Assembly (NCBI GenBank): GCA_948437895.1
Contig: CAOJKK010000006.1
Coordinates: 1 to 57,128 of the forward strand
Length of the DNA: 57,128 nucleotides
Reading direction: 5' to 3'
From: an uncultured Clostridium sp.
Lineage (GTDB): Bacteria; Bacillota; Clostridia; TANB77; CAG-508
In this document: piece by piece, positions 43,621 through 54,245 of the stretch
Position numbering within the stretch: the stretch's first letter is position 1
How the letters are laid out: each line of letters begins with the position of its first letter
Translations under genes and position numbers: made by a program
The notes under the pieces: model-generated
Database searches by the model: none
What the model saw: only the letters and a program-made list of their open reading frames with translations
What the model was told of the DNA's origin: nothing

Positions 43621-45484
43621 ATGAACAAGCTTTTAGATAAAATAAAAGATCCGAAAGACTTAAAAAAATTAAATATATTAGAGAAACAACAATTAGCAAG
43701 AGAGATAAGAGAATATTTATTAGAAATAGTTTCTAATAATGGAGGACATCTGGCATCTAATTTAGGAGTTGTAGAACTAACTATTGCTATTCATAGTGTA
43801 TTTAATTCACCAGAAGATAAAATAATATGGGATGTAGGGCATCAGTCGTATGTCCATAAAATATTAACAGGAAGAAAAGAAGAAATGAAAACATTAAGAA
43901 AAATGGATGGAATTTCTGGTTTTCCTAAAACATGTGAATCGAAATATGATAGTTTCGATACAGGTCATAGTAGTACATCTATATCTGTAGCATTAGGAAT
44001 GGCAAGAGCAAGAGATATATTGAATAAAAATAACAAAGTAATAGCAGTTATAGGTGATGGGTCACTTACAGGTGGAATGGCAATTGAAGCATTAAATGAT
44101 GCAGGAAGTAGTAAAACAAATGTAACAGTGATACTTAATGATAATGAAATGAGTATATCTAAAAATGTTGGAGGAATACCAGCATTACTCACAAAAATAA
44201 GAGTTAAAAAGACGTATAAAAGATCAAATAATTGTATAAAAAGGTTCTTTAATAGAGTTCCAGTTATAGGAAAGCCTATTGTGAATTTAGCACATAAAAT
44301 CAAAAGAGGAATAAAACAAGCAGTTATTCCAAATATGTATTTTGAAGATATAGGTTTTACATATTTAGGACCAGTAGATGGACATAATATTGAAGAACTT
44401 GAAAACATTCTACGTAAAAGTCAGAATATAGAAGGACCAATAGTTATACATGTTATTACTAAAAAAGGAAAAGGATATGAAATAGCAGAAGAAAATCCAG
44501 ATAAGTTTCATGGAATATCTAGTTTTGACATAAAAACTGGAGAAGTAAAAAGTAAGAAGGATAAAGATTATTCAAAGCAATTTGGAGATAAATTGGTAGA
44601 ATTAGCTTCAACAGATGAAAAAATAGTTGCAGTAACTGCTGCAATGAAAGATGGAACAGGTCTAAATGAGTTTGCTTATAAATTTCCAAAAAGATTTTTT
44701 GATGTAGGTATAGCAGAACAGCATGCTACTGGATTGATTGCAGGTATGGCTTCTGAAGGATTAAAACCAGTATTTGCGGTGTATTCTTCGTTTTTACAAA
44801 GAGGATATGATCAATTAATACATGATATTGCAATACAGAACGTACCTGTAACAATTGCAATTGATAGAGCAGGAATTGTAGGAAATGATGGGGAAACGCA
44901 TCAGGGATTATTTGATTTAGCATTTTTATCTGAAATACCAAACTTTATAATAATGGCTCCAAAGAATTTTGAAGAGTTTGATAAAATGTTAGAATTTGCA
45001 ATCAATTTAGATAAACCAGTTGCAATCAGATATCCAAGAGGTGGAGAAGGAACAATTAAATTGGATAAATGTGATGATATAGAACTAGGAAAAGCTGAAG
45101 TTATAAAAGAGGGAGAAAATTTAACTATTATTGCAATAGGGAAAATGGTTGAAAGATCGGTAGAAGTATCGCAATTATTGGAAAAGCAAAATATAAATGC
45201 AGAGATCATAAATGCTAGATTTTTAAAGCCGTTAGATAAAGAAACAATAATTAATTCTATAAAGAAAACGAAAAGTGTAGTTACAATAGAGGATCGGAAT
45301 ATTGAAAGGTGGACTTGGAACAGCAGTAGTGGAAGCAGTAAATAGTAGTGAGATTAAAGATATTAAAGTAAAAACTTTCGGATATAATGACAAGTTTATA
45401 AAACATGGTAGTGTAGAAGAAATAGAAAAAATAAATGAAGTAGATTCTAAGAGTATAGCTAATATTATATTAAATGAAAAATAA
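43621..45484 (+). CDS. dxs: 1-deoxy-D-xylulose-5-phosphate synthase (one +1 site at 45295; about 620 aa)
   Basis: GGHLASNLG, WDVGHQ, GDGSLTGG, DVGIAEQH, IRYPRG; restored TIEDGILKGGLG. Confidence 0.95.
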
Positions 45485-45550
45485 ATTTTACAAAACTCCT
45501 AAAATATTGTATAATTAACGTAATACTAATATATTTTAGGAGTTGTTTTT

Positions 45551-47602
45551 ATGAAAAAATTTATGAAGAAAAAAGATTATCTAGAAATGAATAAGAAAAT
45601 TGCAAGAATATATGCAGAAACAGGGTATTCAAAAAAACCTTTATATGAATATAAAGAGGATGATGAGGATTTAATGGACTATGGAGGATATTCAGAATAT
45701 GCAAAAAAATTTAATTTAAAGAAAAGTGCCATAAACTCTATAATGAAGACAATAACAGCAACAGCTGCATATCAGAGAAGTTCTCAAAAGTCAATGATGG
45801 CAACAAAGTCTAGCACAATTATACCACCAGACAGTGCAGAAGAATTAAAACAAATTTTCAAAGATTCAGAAGCTTTAGTGCAAACCAGACAGACTCATAT
45901 GAGAGAGGTAGCGGATATTTCAAGAAGTATTTCAGATGGACTAGGATTAAATGCTGATTTTGCCTATTTAACAGGGTTGCTACATGATATAGGACATACC
46001 TGGAATGGACATACAGGAGAAAGAATATTATCTGCAATAGGAAGATTAAAAAATTGCGGATACATAGTTCACAATGCTATGGGAGCATATATAGCAGAAA
46101 GAGAGAACATTATAGACATAGCCATAGAAGAAGCTAAACAATTTAGCCCTAAAACGAATGAAGAAGAAATAAAAGAATTTATGAGATATATAATTGATGG
46201 TGTAGTATCGCATAATGGTGAGGGTGTTATTGGTAAAATTGTTCCAAAAGAAAAAACAGCTGAAGATATGGCGGAAGAAATAAGAAAATGCTTTACAGAA
46301 AAGGGGTTTGATAGAACAATAATGCCAGCAACAATGGAAGGAGCTGTCATAAGATATGCAGATATTATTGCATATACTCGTTCAGACATATTAGATGGAC
46401 TTAGATTAAAAGATACAAGTGGTAATAAGATAATTAGTGAATTTGATGACGATTATTTGGCTATAATAGGAACAGCATTAGCAAGGAAAAATAATTTTAA
46501 TGAAATGTTAGTACTAGAAAATAAGTTTTTATTAGAAATGTATGGATTATCTAATAGAATAAATGAATTAACTCCTTCAGAAAATAAAGTCACAACATTA
46601 GAAGATAAAGTAGAATTAGAAAGGACGAAAAAAGAAAGAGCAATTCTTGAAGCAAAATATAGGGAGTTTGAACAAATTAAAGTGAAATATGCAAGAGAAT
46701 ATATTAAGAGAATAAAACCAGAAAGTGAAGTGAAAACAAAGGCTACTCTTATGATGCAAGATGTATTCATAAAAGATTTAGTTGAAGCAAGTAAAGACAA
46801 AGGATATATTACAATGACTCCGCTGATGAGAAAAACACTTTTTTCATTAAGAGAGTTAAATGTTAGAAAAATAGTTCCATATGCTAGAAGAATTTTTGAA
46901 GCAGAAGGATTACCTATTGCTGCAGAAGAACTTGTTGATATATTTGCAGATGTTTTAGTAGAAACAGGAATAGCATATAATTCGATTCCTGAGGAGGTAA
47001 GAAAAAATATCAAGTCTTATAATACAGGAAAAGAACAAAAAGAGAGAGAAGAATATATAAACAAAGATGAAAAAATGACATATGAAAGAAAAATTTGTCA
47101 CTATTATAGAAAGCAAAAACCACATAAAATAGACTTTATGTACAGGAATGTTTTAGATGCTATGAGAGACATTACAAAGCATGATATAGCTATTGCTATA
47201 GGAGAAGAAAAATATGATGGAGAACTAAAAGAAGTATATGAAAAAACAAAAATAAATCCAATAAAAAGAAAAATTGGTGAAATGGGAAAAAACTCAGAGA
47301 CAATGATAGAAGAGGATAGAGATAAACTTTTGGAAAAATTATTAAAAGAAAAGAATATAGAAAGAGCAATTGCAAGCAAAATGGCAATAGAATATATTGG
47401 AGGAATGACTGATAATACAATTCTAGCTGTGTTAATAGAGAAAAATCTTATATCAAGACAGGAATTGATTGAAGGGTATGGAAGAGCTGAACCAGGAAAG
47501 CAATTATCAGATTCAGGAGTAAAAAAGCTACAAAAAGCTTTTAAAAATAATGAAGATATGATATATCCAGATGAGAAGAATGATGATGAGATTTGCTTAT
47601 AA
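45551..47602 (+). CDS. HD-domain protein, dNTP triphosphohydrolase (dGTPase)-like
   Basis: TRQTHMREVA, LLHDIGHTWNGHTGE, HN, ADIIAY, C-terminal EYIGGMTD. Confidence 0.75.
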   Translation: MKKFMKKKDYLEMNKKIARIYAETGYSKKPLYEYKEDDEDLMDYGGYSEYAKKFNLKKSAINSIMKTITATAAYQRSSQKSMMATKSSTIIPPDSAEELKQIFKDSEALVQTRQTHMREVADISRSISDGLGLNADFAYLTGLLHDIGHTWNGHTGERILSAIGRLKNCGYIVHNAMGAYIAERENIIDIAIEEAKQFSPKTNEEEIKEFMRYIIDGVVSHNGEGVIGKIVPKEKTAEDMAEEIRKCFTEKGFDRTIMPATMEGAVIRYADIIAYTRSDILDGLRLKDTSGNKIISEFDDDYLAIIGTALARKNNFNEMLVLENKFLLEMYGLSNRINELTPSENKVTTLEDKVELERTKKERAILEAKYREFEQIKVKYAREYIKRIKPESEVKTKATLMMQDVFIKDLVEASKDKGYITMTPLMRKTLFSLRELNVRKIVPYARRIFEAEGLPIAAEELVDIFADVLVETGIAYNSIPEEVRKNIKSYNTGKEQKEREEYINKDEKMTYERKICHYYRKQKPHKIDFMYRNVLDAMRDITKHDIAIAIGEEKYDGELKEVYEKTKINPIKRKIGEMGKNSETMIEEDRDKLLEKLLKEKNIERAIASKMAIEYIGGMTDNTILAVLIEKNLISRQELIEGYGRAEPGKQLSDSGVKKLQKAFKNNEDMIYPDEKNDDEICL

Positions 47603-47743
47603 AGTTTAAAAGAATATGGTATTATTTTAGCCATATTCTTTTAAATTGTATAAATACTTGATTTTTTCCATAAAATATAATAAAATATAAAAGATTTAAA
47701 TATTATATAAATGAGAAAATAAAATAGAAAAGGGGTAATAAAT

Positions 47744-48313
47744 ATGGCAGAAGTTTATATGGCAGGAGATGTAAGAAATGGAACAACATTTGAACTAGAT
47801 GGTTCAGTATTTAAAGTTGTTGAATTTCAACATGTAAAACCAGGTAAAGGAGCAGCATTTGTTAGAACAAAATTAAAAAATGTAATAACAGGAGCAGTTT
47901 TAGAAAAAACATTTAATCCATCTGAAAAATTACAAGGAGCAGAAATAGAAAAGAAAGAGATGCAATATCTATATAATGATGGAGAACTATACTATTTCAT
48001 GGATAATGAAACATATGATCAAATACCACTTAATAAATCAGATTTAGGTGATACATTAAAATATTTAAAAGAAAATATGACAGTAAAAATATTATCTTTC
48101 AAAGGAAGTGTGTTTGCAGTAGAACCACCTATGTTTGTAGAACTTGAAATTACATATACAGAACCAGGATTTGCTGGAAACACAGCAGGAGCTGGACAAA
48201 CAAAGCCAGCAGAATTAGAAACAGGATGCTCAATAAATGTACCTTTATTCGTAAATACAGGCGATGTAATAAGAATTGATACAAGAACTGGCGAATATAT
48301 GGAAAGAATTTAA
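47744..48313 (+). CDS. efp: Elongation factor P
   Basis: [27 protein letters not shown]. Confidence 0.97.
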   Translation: MAEVYMAGDVRNGTTFELDGSVFKVVEFQHVKPGKGAAFVRTKLKNVITGAVLEKTFNPSEKLQGAEIEKKEMQYLYNDGELYYFMDNETYDQIPLNKSDLGDTLKYLKENMTVKILSFKGSVFAVEPPMFVELEITYTEPGFAGNTAGAGQTKPAELETGCSINVPLFVNTGDVIRIDTRTGEYMERI

Positions 48314-48335
48314 TAGTAAAAGGGGTTTTAGTTTA

Positions 48336-48788
48336 ATGTCTAATTTAAATGTTAAATTTAAAAAAATATTAGAAGATTTAGAACAGAATATACAAAACAA
48401 AGAAGATCTAGAATATATAAAAGTTCAAATATTTAATTTATACAACTTATTCTTTGATGAAATAAACAGAATAGAAGATATGACAGCAGCAAGAATGGAA
48501 ACAATTGCAGGAGCTCAAGCAGCATTACAAGAAAAGGTAGAAAATCTTGAAAATGAAATGAAATCAATGGAAAAAGAACTATACATTGATGAAGATAGTG
48601 ATTTTTCTATAACATGTCCATATTGTAACTATGAACTAATTGTTGAGTGTGAGGATCTAAAAGATGAAATAGAATGTCCAGAATGTAATAATATTATAGA
48701 GCTAGATTGGGGAGACGAATGTGATGGACATGATGGATGTGGACATGATTGCTCACATTGTAATCATGATGAAGATGACGATATGTAA
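48336..48788 (+). CDS. Zinc-ribbon protein (CD1247-like, usual efp neighbour)
   Basis: Coiled coil then CPYC/CPEC and a Cys/His-rich acidic tail. Confidence 0.75.
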   Translation: MSNLNVKFKKILEDLEQNIQNKEDLEYIKVQIFNLYNLFFDEINRIEDMTAARMETIAGAQAALQEKVENLENEMKSMEKELYIDEDSDFSITCPYCNYELIVECEDLKDEIECPECNNIIELDWGDECDGHDGCGHDCSHCNHDEDDDM

Positions 48789-48790
48789 AA

Positions 48791-49397
48791 CTAATTAAAA
48801 AAATCCAAAGGATTGACGGCTTTGCCGTCTTTTTTTATACTTAAATGTAAATGAGGTCCAGTTGTAGAACCGGTTTGTAGGATTACCATTTGAATCTTTA
48901 TATGGATTGTTAGGAACACCATATACATTTTTAGGTCCTACTTTGGCAATTATTTCACCTTTATTTATGTACTGACCATTATATACTAAAAATAAAGGAG
49001 ATACATGTGAGTATGAAGAGGATACATTTCCATTAGTAATAGTTACAGTGAACCCATTTGCACCATTAAAGCCAGTAAAAGTGACCGTTCCTGAAAAGAT
49101 TGCTATAATATTTGTTCCAAGGGGTGCTCCAATATCAGTACCATAATGAAAGGAAGAACGACCAGTTGTAGGAGACCTTCTTTGACCAAATTGGGAAGTT
49201 ATTGTTGTATAGCCAGGCGTTGGCCAGACAAAGTTAGAAGAAAGGATATCAATGCGAGAATAATCATTATTAGGTGTATATGATGATATATAACCATATT
49301 TAGATAAATTTGGAATAAAAATGCATAAAGAAATAATTAATATAGCAAAAGTAAATATAAATAAAAAACTAAAATAATTAATAGAACTAAAATTCAT
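48791..49397 (-). CDS. M23 family peptidase (one +1 site at CGG 48872-48870; about 201 aa)
   Basis: HYGTD motif; skipping the C restores NGSTTGPHLH...VNP with the HxH zinc ligand. Confidence 0.88.
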
Positions 49398-49525
49398 AAA
49401 ACCTCCAAGAATAAAAAATATAAGAATTAAATACAATGAAAATTTTAACATTGAGATAGATAACTGTCAAGAACATTTTAATAATATAAAAAAGAACAGT
49501 TATTGTGAACTGTTCTTTTTGAGAG

Positions 49526-49996
49526 TTACTTGAGAGAAAAACAATTCCCAAATGGTAAATAAAATGGAAATACTTCAATAGTAGAGCAAAAATGATCTAA
49601 TTCTTCTTTAAGTTCTTCTTCACTAATATATTTTTCAATTATATTAGTAGGTCTAAGACAATTACATATACTTTGTAATAAAAAGTAATATTGGTGGTTG
49701 TCAGCCTTTTTGAATTGAACCTTCATTTTATTTCTTCGAGTTGAAGGGATTAGTGTAGTGATTACAAACTCTTCATTTGGAACAACGATAACTTCTTCAA
49801 TTAAGCTTTCATTTGCTAATCCATAGAAATTATCCTTTAGAATTAAATGAAGAGCTTTTGGTAGTAAAATACTACAATCCTGTTTTTCTTCTCCAATTAG
49901 TTCGGCAAAAAATTCACTATGTGAAAAAGAGCCTGAATAATTAGAAGTTTTTTTGTGACAAAGTCGCCACTCTTTAGTCCATTCTATGTTTTCCAT
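49526..49996 (-). CDS. Orphan hypothetical protein
   Basis: 156 aa, AAGGAG RBS, downstream hairpin. Confidence 0.6.
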   Translation of the reverse strand: MENIEWTKEWRLCHKKTSNYSGSFSHSEFFAELIGEEKQDCSILLPKALHLILKDNFYGLANESLIEEVIVVPNEEFVITTLIPSTRRNKMKVQFKKADNHQYYFLLQSICNCLRPTNIIEKYISEEELKEELDHFCSTIEVFPFYLPFGNCFSLK

Positions 49997-50131
49997 ATCT
50001 GAACTACTCTCCTTTGTAAAGTTATAAAATTTTGCACAAATGATTATAGCACTGCCTTATGTTAATGTCAAATATTGAAGAAGAGTAGAAGTTAATAAAA
50101 AAAGTGAAGAATAAATATTCTTCACTTTTGA

Positions 50132-50206
50132 TGGCAGGGGTAGAAGGATTCGAACCCTCACAGGCGGTTTTGGAGACCGATGTGCTACCATTGACACTAT
50201 ACCCCT
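50132..50206 (-). tRNA. tRNA-Trp(CCA)
   Basis: Reverse complement AGGGGTA...TCGGT-CTCCAAA-ACCGC...TTCGAAT...TACCCCTGCCA. Confidence 0.95.
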
Positions 50207-50375
50207 AAATGAGTTACTTAATTATATTAGCATATATCATAAATTTATGCAAGAAAAATAAAAAATATTATACAAAAAATTTAAAAATTAAAATAGTTGA
50301 TAAATTATGAAAAATATTGTATAATACGTTAAATTAGCGCTGGTTGTGCTAAAATATTGAAGGGATGATGATATT

Positions 50376-50726
50376 ATGAAACGGAGAGAATTCTCTATAA
50401 CAAGGGGAAGATCAACTGTAAAAAAATTAATAGAGGTTGATTCCCAAGTTGGACTTGCTGAAAGAGTGATTTTAAGTAAAAAATGCTATGATAACATATG
50501 GAAGTTATCAAATAATTTTAAATTACGAAATGGCTCTATTCAGTTTTATTATAAGCCTAATAAAACAAGAGATAGAATCGTGATAATTCTTGAAGGTCCT
50601 ATTCAAGAGGGGAATTTTGCAAATTGTTACAGATTAAATAGGCTAAAACATGATAATATTAACTATTCAGCAGGAGATAATTCTTCAGAGCAGTTTTTCT
50701 CATATGAAGGAGAAAAAGAACAGTAA
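50376..50726 (+). CDS. Orphan hypothetical protein (CGG at codon 3)
   Basis: 116 aa ORF with upstream TTGATA/TATAAT-like promoter and a long downstream hairpin. Confidence 0.5.
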   Translation: MKRREFSITRGRSTVKKLIEVDSQVGLAERVILSKKCYDNIWKLSNNFKLRNGSIQFYYKPNKTRDRIVIILEGPIQEGNFANCYRLNRLKHDNINYSAGDNSSEQFFSYEGEKEQ

Positions 50727-50853
50727 TACCAATATTCTAATACAACAGATACTGTGAGACTACAATAGTTTCACAGTATCTGTTGTATTGTATAAAAAGA
50801 AATTTTTAATATTGTATAAAGTATTAAAATATAGTATAATAAAATATGTATAT

Positions 50854-51210
50854 GGGGATGTAATTGGTTTCGACAGTAATTTAGAAGTATAAATTGCGAG
50901 TAGTGGATGGTTGCTTTGGCCACTTAAAAAAAGCAAGATTAAATATAAACGCTGATAAAGAATTAGCATACGCTGCCTAATTAATGGCACGTCGTTTTAC
51001 CATAAAGCCTACTGTTATGGATAAAGCGTCGACTAAAGTAGGGAACAAAGTTATTCTTTGCCTTAGGAATAATGGGTAACTAAAAGGCTACTTAATATTA
51101 TCGTTTGTTTGTTAATGATAATATTAAGGAATTTTAATAACAAACTACACTCGTAGATGTTTATGTGGAAAAGTTATTGGACGAGGGTTCAACTCCCTCC
51201 ATCTCCACCA
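50854..51210 (+). ncRNA. ssrA: tmRNA
   Basis: 5' GGGGATGTAA-TGGTTTCGAC, 3' GGTTCAACTCCC...CTCCACCA; tag ORF 50951-50980 ADKELAYAA*. Confidence 0.96.
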
Positions 51211-51243
51211 AAAAAAGAATACAGCAAAATGCTGTATTCTTTT

Positions 51244-52246
51244 TTAAAATATTCTCATTATTTCATTATATTTAGGAATCAAGCCTTCCTTTTTATTAAC
51301 TAAACTTGGTTTTACTTGAAAAACACCAGGAAAACAATTTCCTTCAACAATTACAGGACCATTTTCTGATATTGCTACATCCCAACCTACATAAGCAACT
51401 TCTTGAATTACTTTAGCACATTCTTTGACTAACTCTACAGCTTCATTGAACATTGGAACTTTAAAACCTACTATTTTATGATTTGAAACAGGATGAGTAC
51501 TATATATATTATCATCTCGATCAATTGCTTCTACATAAACATCACCTGTATCACTTACATAAGTATACATTCCACCGACTTGAGAAGTTATCTACAACAC
51601 CACCATTACCAATTTTTAGAACAGCTTGTAAAAAATAAGATTCTCCATTTTTATAAAAAGTAAACATCCTCATGGTATTTACAGACTTATCATAAAGAAC
51701 ATTCATATCTTTATGTTGCTTTATGCACTGTTCAATTAATAATTGATCGTTAGATAATAATTTATTATATAGTTCTTTAATATTTAAATCATCTGAATAT
51801 TCGAATTTTTCAATGCCATGTCCACCTTCATCATTGATTGGCTTTACAATAATTGCTTTATTGTTCTTTAAGAAAGCTTCAAATTCTGAGAAGTTTTTAT
51901 TACTTAAAACCATCCAGTTACGTTTCAAATACTTGTTAAATATTGAATTGAATTCTGCTTTATCTTCGAATTTATGAAAGCTATTTCTATCATTAAACTT
52001 TTTTACGATCTCATTATTTTTTCCTCTAGTTAAATATGTTTTTCTTTCTTCTGTGTTTAAGTTATAAAACTCAAATTCTTGGTAATCATAATAACCAGCC
52101 TGATATTTAAGACCACATTTAATCATATCAATAACTATCATCAAAGTGTTCTTCTTAGTTTTTTTTGAAATTGCTTTTGCAATTTTAAACATATTTTTGT
52201 AATCCATTTTAATAATACGTTTAAATAAATATTTTATTTTTCCCAT
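51244..52246 (-). CDS. Sugar-transfer-associated ATP-grasp protein (one +1 site at CGG 51577-51575; about 333 aa)
   Basis: IVKP...GGHGI, SVNTMR, restored VDNFSSGG, HP, YVGWDVAI, VEGN..PG. Confidence 0.82.
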
Positions 52247-52392
52247 TAATATCACCAAAAATAGTATACCATAAAATTATAAAAAGTACACATAATTAAT
52301 AAAAAATTAAGATAAAATGAAAGAAAATATCGAAATTAATTTATTGAATAAAAAAATCTTTAATAGTATAATACAAAACAAGGAGGAGTAAT

Positions 52393-53277
52393 ATGTTAGA
52401 AAAAATATATTTTAATTTAGAAGATGATGTAGAGTTAGTAGGGTTATTACAAAAACCAGATAACAATTTAAATACAGATGAAGTAGTAATATCTGTGCAT
52501 GGTATGCAAAGTAATTGTTTCAAAAAAAGAGAAGATATATTAGCAAATACAATTAATAAAGCAGGAATTGCATATTTTGCATTTAATAATAGAGGAACAG
52601 AAATTATGTGTTATACAAAAAGAACAGATGGTAGCAAAACTTTAAATGGAGGATGTGCATATGAAGATGTTTTGGAGAGCTATTATGATATAAAAGGTGC
52701 AATAAAGAAAATGTTAGAACTAGGATTTACAAAAATACATCTTCAAGGTCATAGTTTAGGATGCACAAAAATAGTATACACATATAACAGATTAAAAGAA
52801 GAAAAAGATGATATTGTAAACAATATAAAATCAGTAATCCTATTATCATTAGTAGATTTAATAGATTTACAAAAATATGATTTAGGAATAGATAAATACA
52901 ATGAAATGTTAGAGTTAGCAATCAAGAAAGAAAATGATAACGAGGAAATGGATTTAATGCCAAGAGATGCATTTGATCATCCAATAAGTGTTAAGTCATA
53001 TTTAAGATATTATAGAGATAATCAAGATATAGACTTTGCAAGATTTAGTGATAAAGAATATAATTTTAAAGAGTTGAATAATATAACAGTTCCACTATTT
53101 TTGAGATGGGGTGAAAAAGATTTAGTAATTCAAGATTTAAATGAATTATCAGATTTTCTAAAGTCAAAAATAAATAATGATAGTTTAGATATTAGCTATA
53201 TAAAAGGAACTGACCACGGTTATACAGATAAAGAAGAAGTTTTAGGAGAAGAAATAGTAGAATTCCTTGCAAAATAA
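52393..53277 (+). CDS. Alpha/beta hydrolase (DUF1749-like)
   Basis: VHG oxyanion motif, GHSLG nucleophile elbow, C-terminal GTDH. Confidence 0.85.
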   Translation: MLEKIYFNLEDDVELVGLLQKPDNNLNTDEVVISVHGMQSNCFKKREDILANTINKAGIAYFAFNNRGTEIMCYTKRTDGSKTLNGGCAYEDVLESYYDIKGAIKKMLELGFTKIHLQGHSLGCTKIVYTYNRLKEEKDDIVNNIKSVILLSLVDLIDLQKYDLGIDKYNEMLELAIKKENDNEEMDLMPRDAFDHPISVKSYLRYYRDNQDIDFARFSDKEYNFKELNNITVPLFLRWGEKDLVIQDLNELSDFLKSKINNDSLDISYIKGTDHGYTDKEEVLGEEIVEFLAK

Positions 53278-53303
53278 AATGAATAGTGATAAAATAATTT
53301 CAG

Positions 53304-53428
53304 TTTGAAAGGGAGTAGCTTGAAACTTACTAATCAACAAACTCGTTATTAACTGGTTAGTAAACCTATATGGTAAGCAAGACTTTTAAAGAAACATATG
53401 TGTTAATGGTTTCTTTGAAAGTCTTTAT
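53304..53428 (+). promoter_or_regulatory. yybP-ykoY (Mn2+) riboswitch with overlapping terminator-like hairpin
   Basis: AAAGGGAGTAGC...CAACA.ACTCGT...GCAAGACTTTT; AAGACTTTTAAAGAAAC/GTTTCTTTGAAAGTCTT stem; upstream of a P-type ATPase operon. Confidence 0.8.
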
Positions 53429-53456
53429 TGATATAATAGGAAAATAAGGAGTGAAT

Positions 53457-54236
53457 ATGGAATATATAAATAACAAAGAAAAAGTAGAAGAATTTAAAAA
53501 ATCACAAGACTTTTTTGTAATAATAGATTTTGACAGAACTCTTACTACAGGTGCAAGTGATGCTTCAATGGGAATAATACCTAAGTTTTTAGGGGGAGAA
53601 TGTTTAAAAGAAAGACTAAGAATTTATGAATATTATAGACCTATGGAGTTAGACTATACTATAGAAGAAAATAAGAAAAAAGCTATTATGAAAGAGTGGG
53701 CTAATAATAGTTTTACACTTTTATCTAAGTATTTAACATCAGAAGAAATAATAGAGAATGCTTTGAAAGATGCAAATTTGCATTTAAGAGCAGGAGCTAA
53801 AGAATTCTTAAAAGATATGTACGATAAAAACATTCCAGTAGTTATAATGTCTGCTGGTGTTGGAAATATAATTAAAAGATTTTTAGAAAAACAAGAAGTT
53901 CTATATGATAATATAACATTAGTTAGTAATTTTTTCGAGTTTAATGATAATGGAGCATATATAGATACTGAAAAAATAATGGCAGTATCAGATAAATATT
54001 ATTCAAGAGTGCCAGAAGATATAAGAAAAGTATTAGATAAGAAACAGAATATTCTATTAGCTGGAGATATTATAGAAGATATAAATATGATAGAGAAAGA
54101 AAAACTACATAGAACGTTAACAATTGGTTTTCTTGACTATAATGTAGATACAAATTTAGATATATATAATGAAAAATTTGACATAGTACTTGCAAAAGGC
54201 GAGTCATTTGACACAGTCAGAAGAATATTAAATTAG
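53457..54236 (+). CDS. HAD hydrolase, pyrimidine 5'-nucleotidase (UMPH-1/NT5C3)-like
   Basis: DFDRTLT, KAIMKEW, LRAG, MSAGVG, VSNF, GDIIED, IGFL. Confidence 0.8.
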   Translation: MEYINNKEKVEEFKKSQDFFVIIDFDRTLTTGASDASMGIIPKFLGGECLKERLRIYEYYRPMELDYTIEENKKKAIMKEWANNSFTLLSKYLTSEEIIENALKDANLHLRAGAKEFLKDMYDKNIPVVIMSAGVGNIIKRFLEKQEVLYDNITLVSNFFEFNDNGAYIDTEKIMAVSDKYYSRVPEDIRKVLDKKQNILLAGDIIEDINMIEKEKLHRTLTIGFLDYNVDTNLDIYNEKFDIVLAKGESFDTVRRILN

Positions 54237-54245
54237 GAGGAAAAT

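Noticed and set aside
50760-50990. 76-aa minus-strand ORF
   Set aside because: Antisense to tmRNA
47744-51210. efp and tmRNA as dedicated parts of the recoding system
   Set aside because: Both look canonical (KPGKG; ADKELAYAA tag) and their proximity is not evidence of a link
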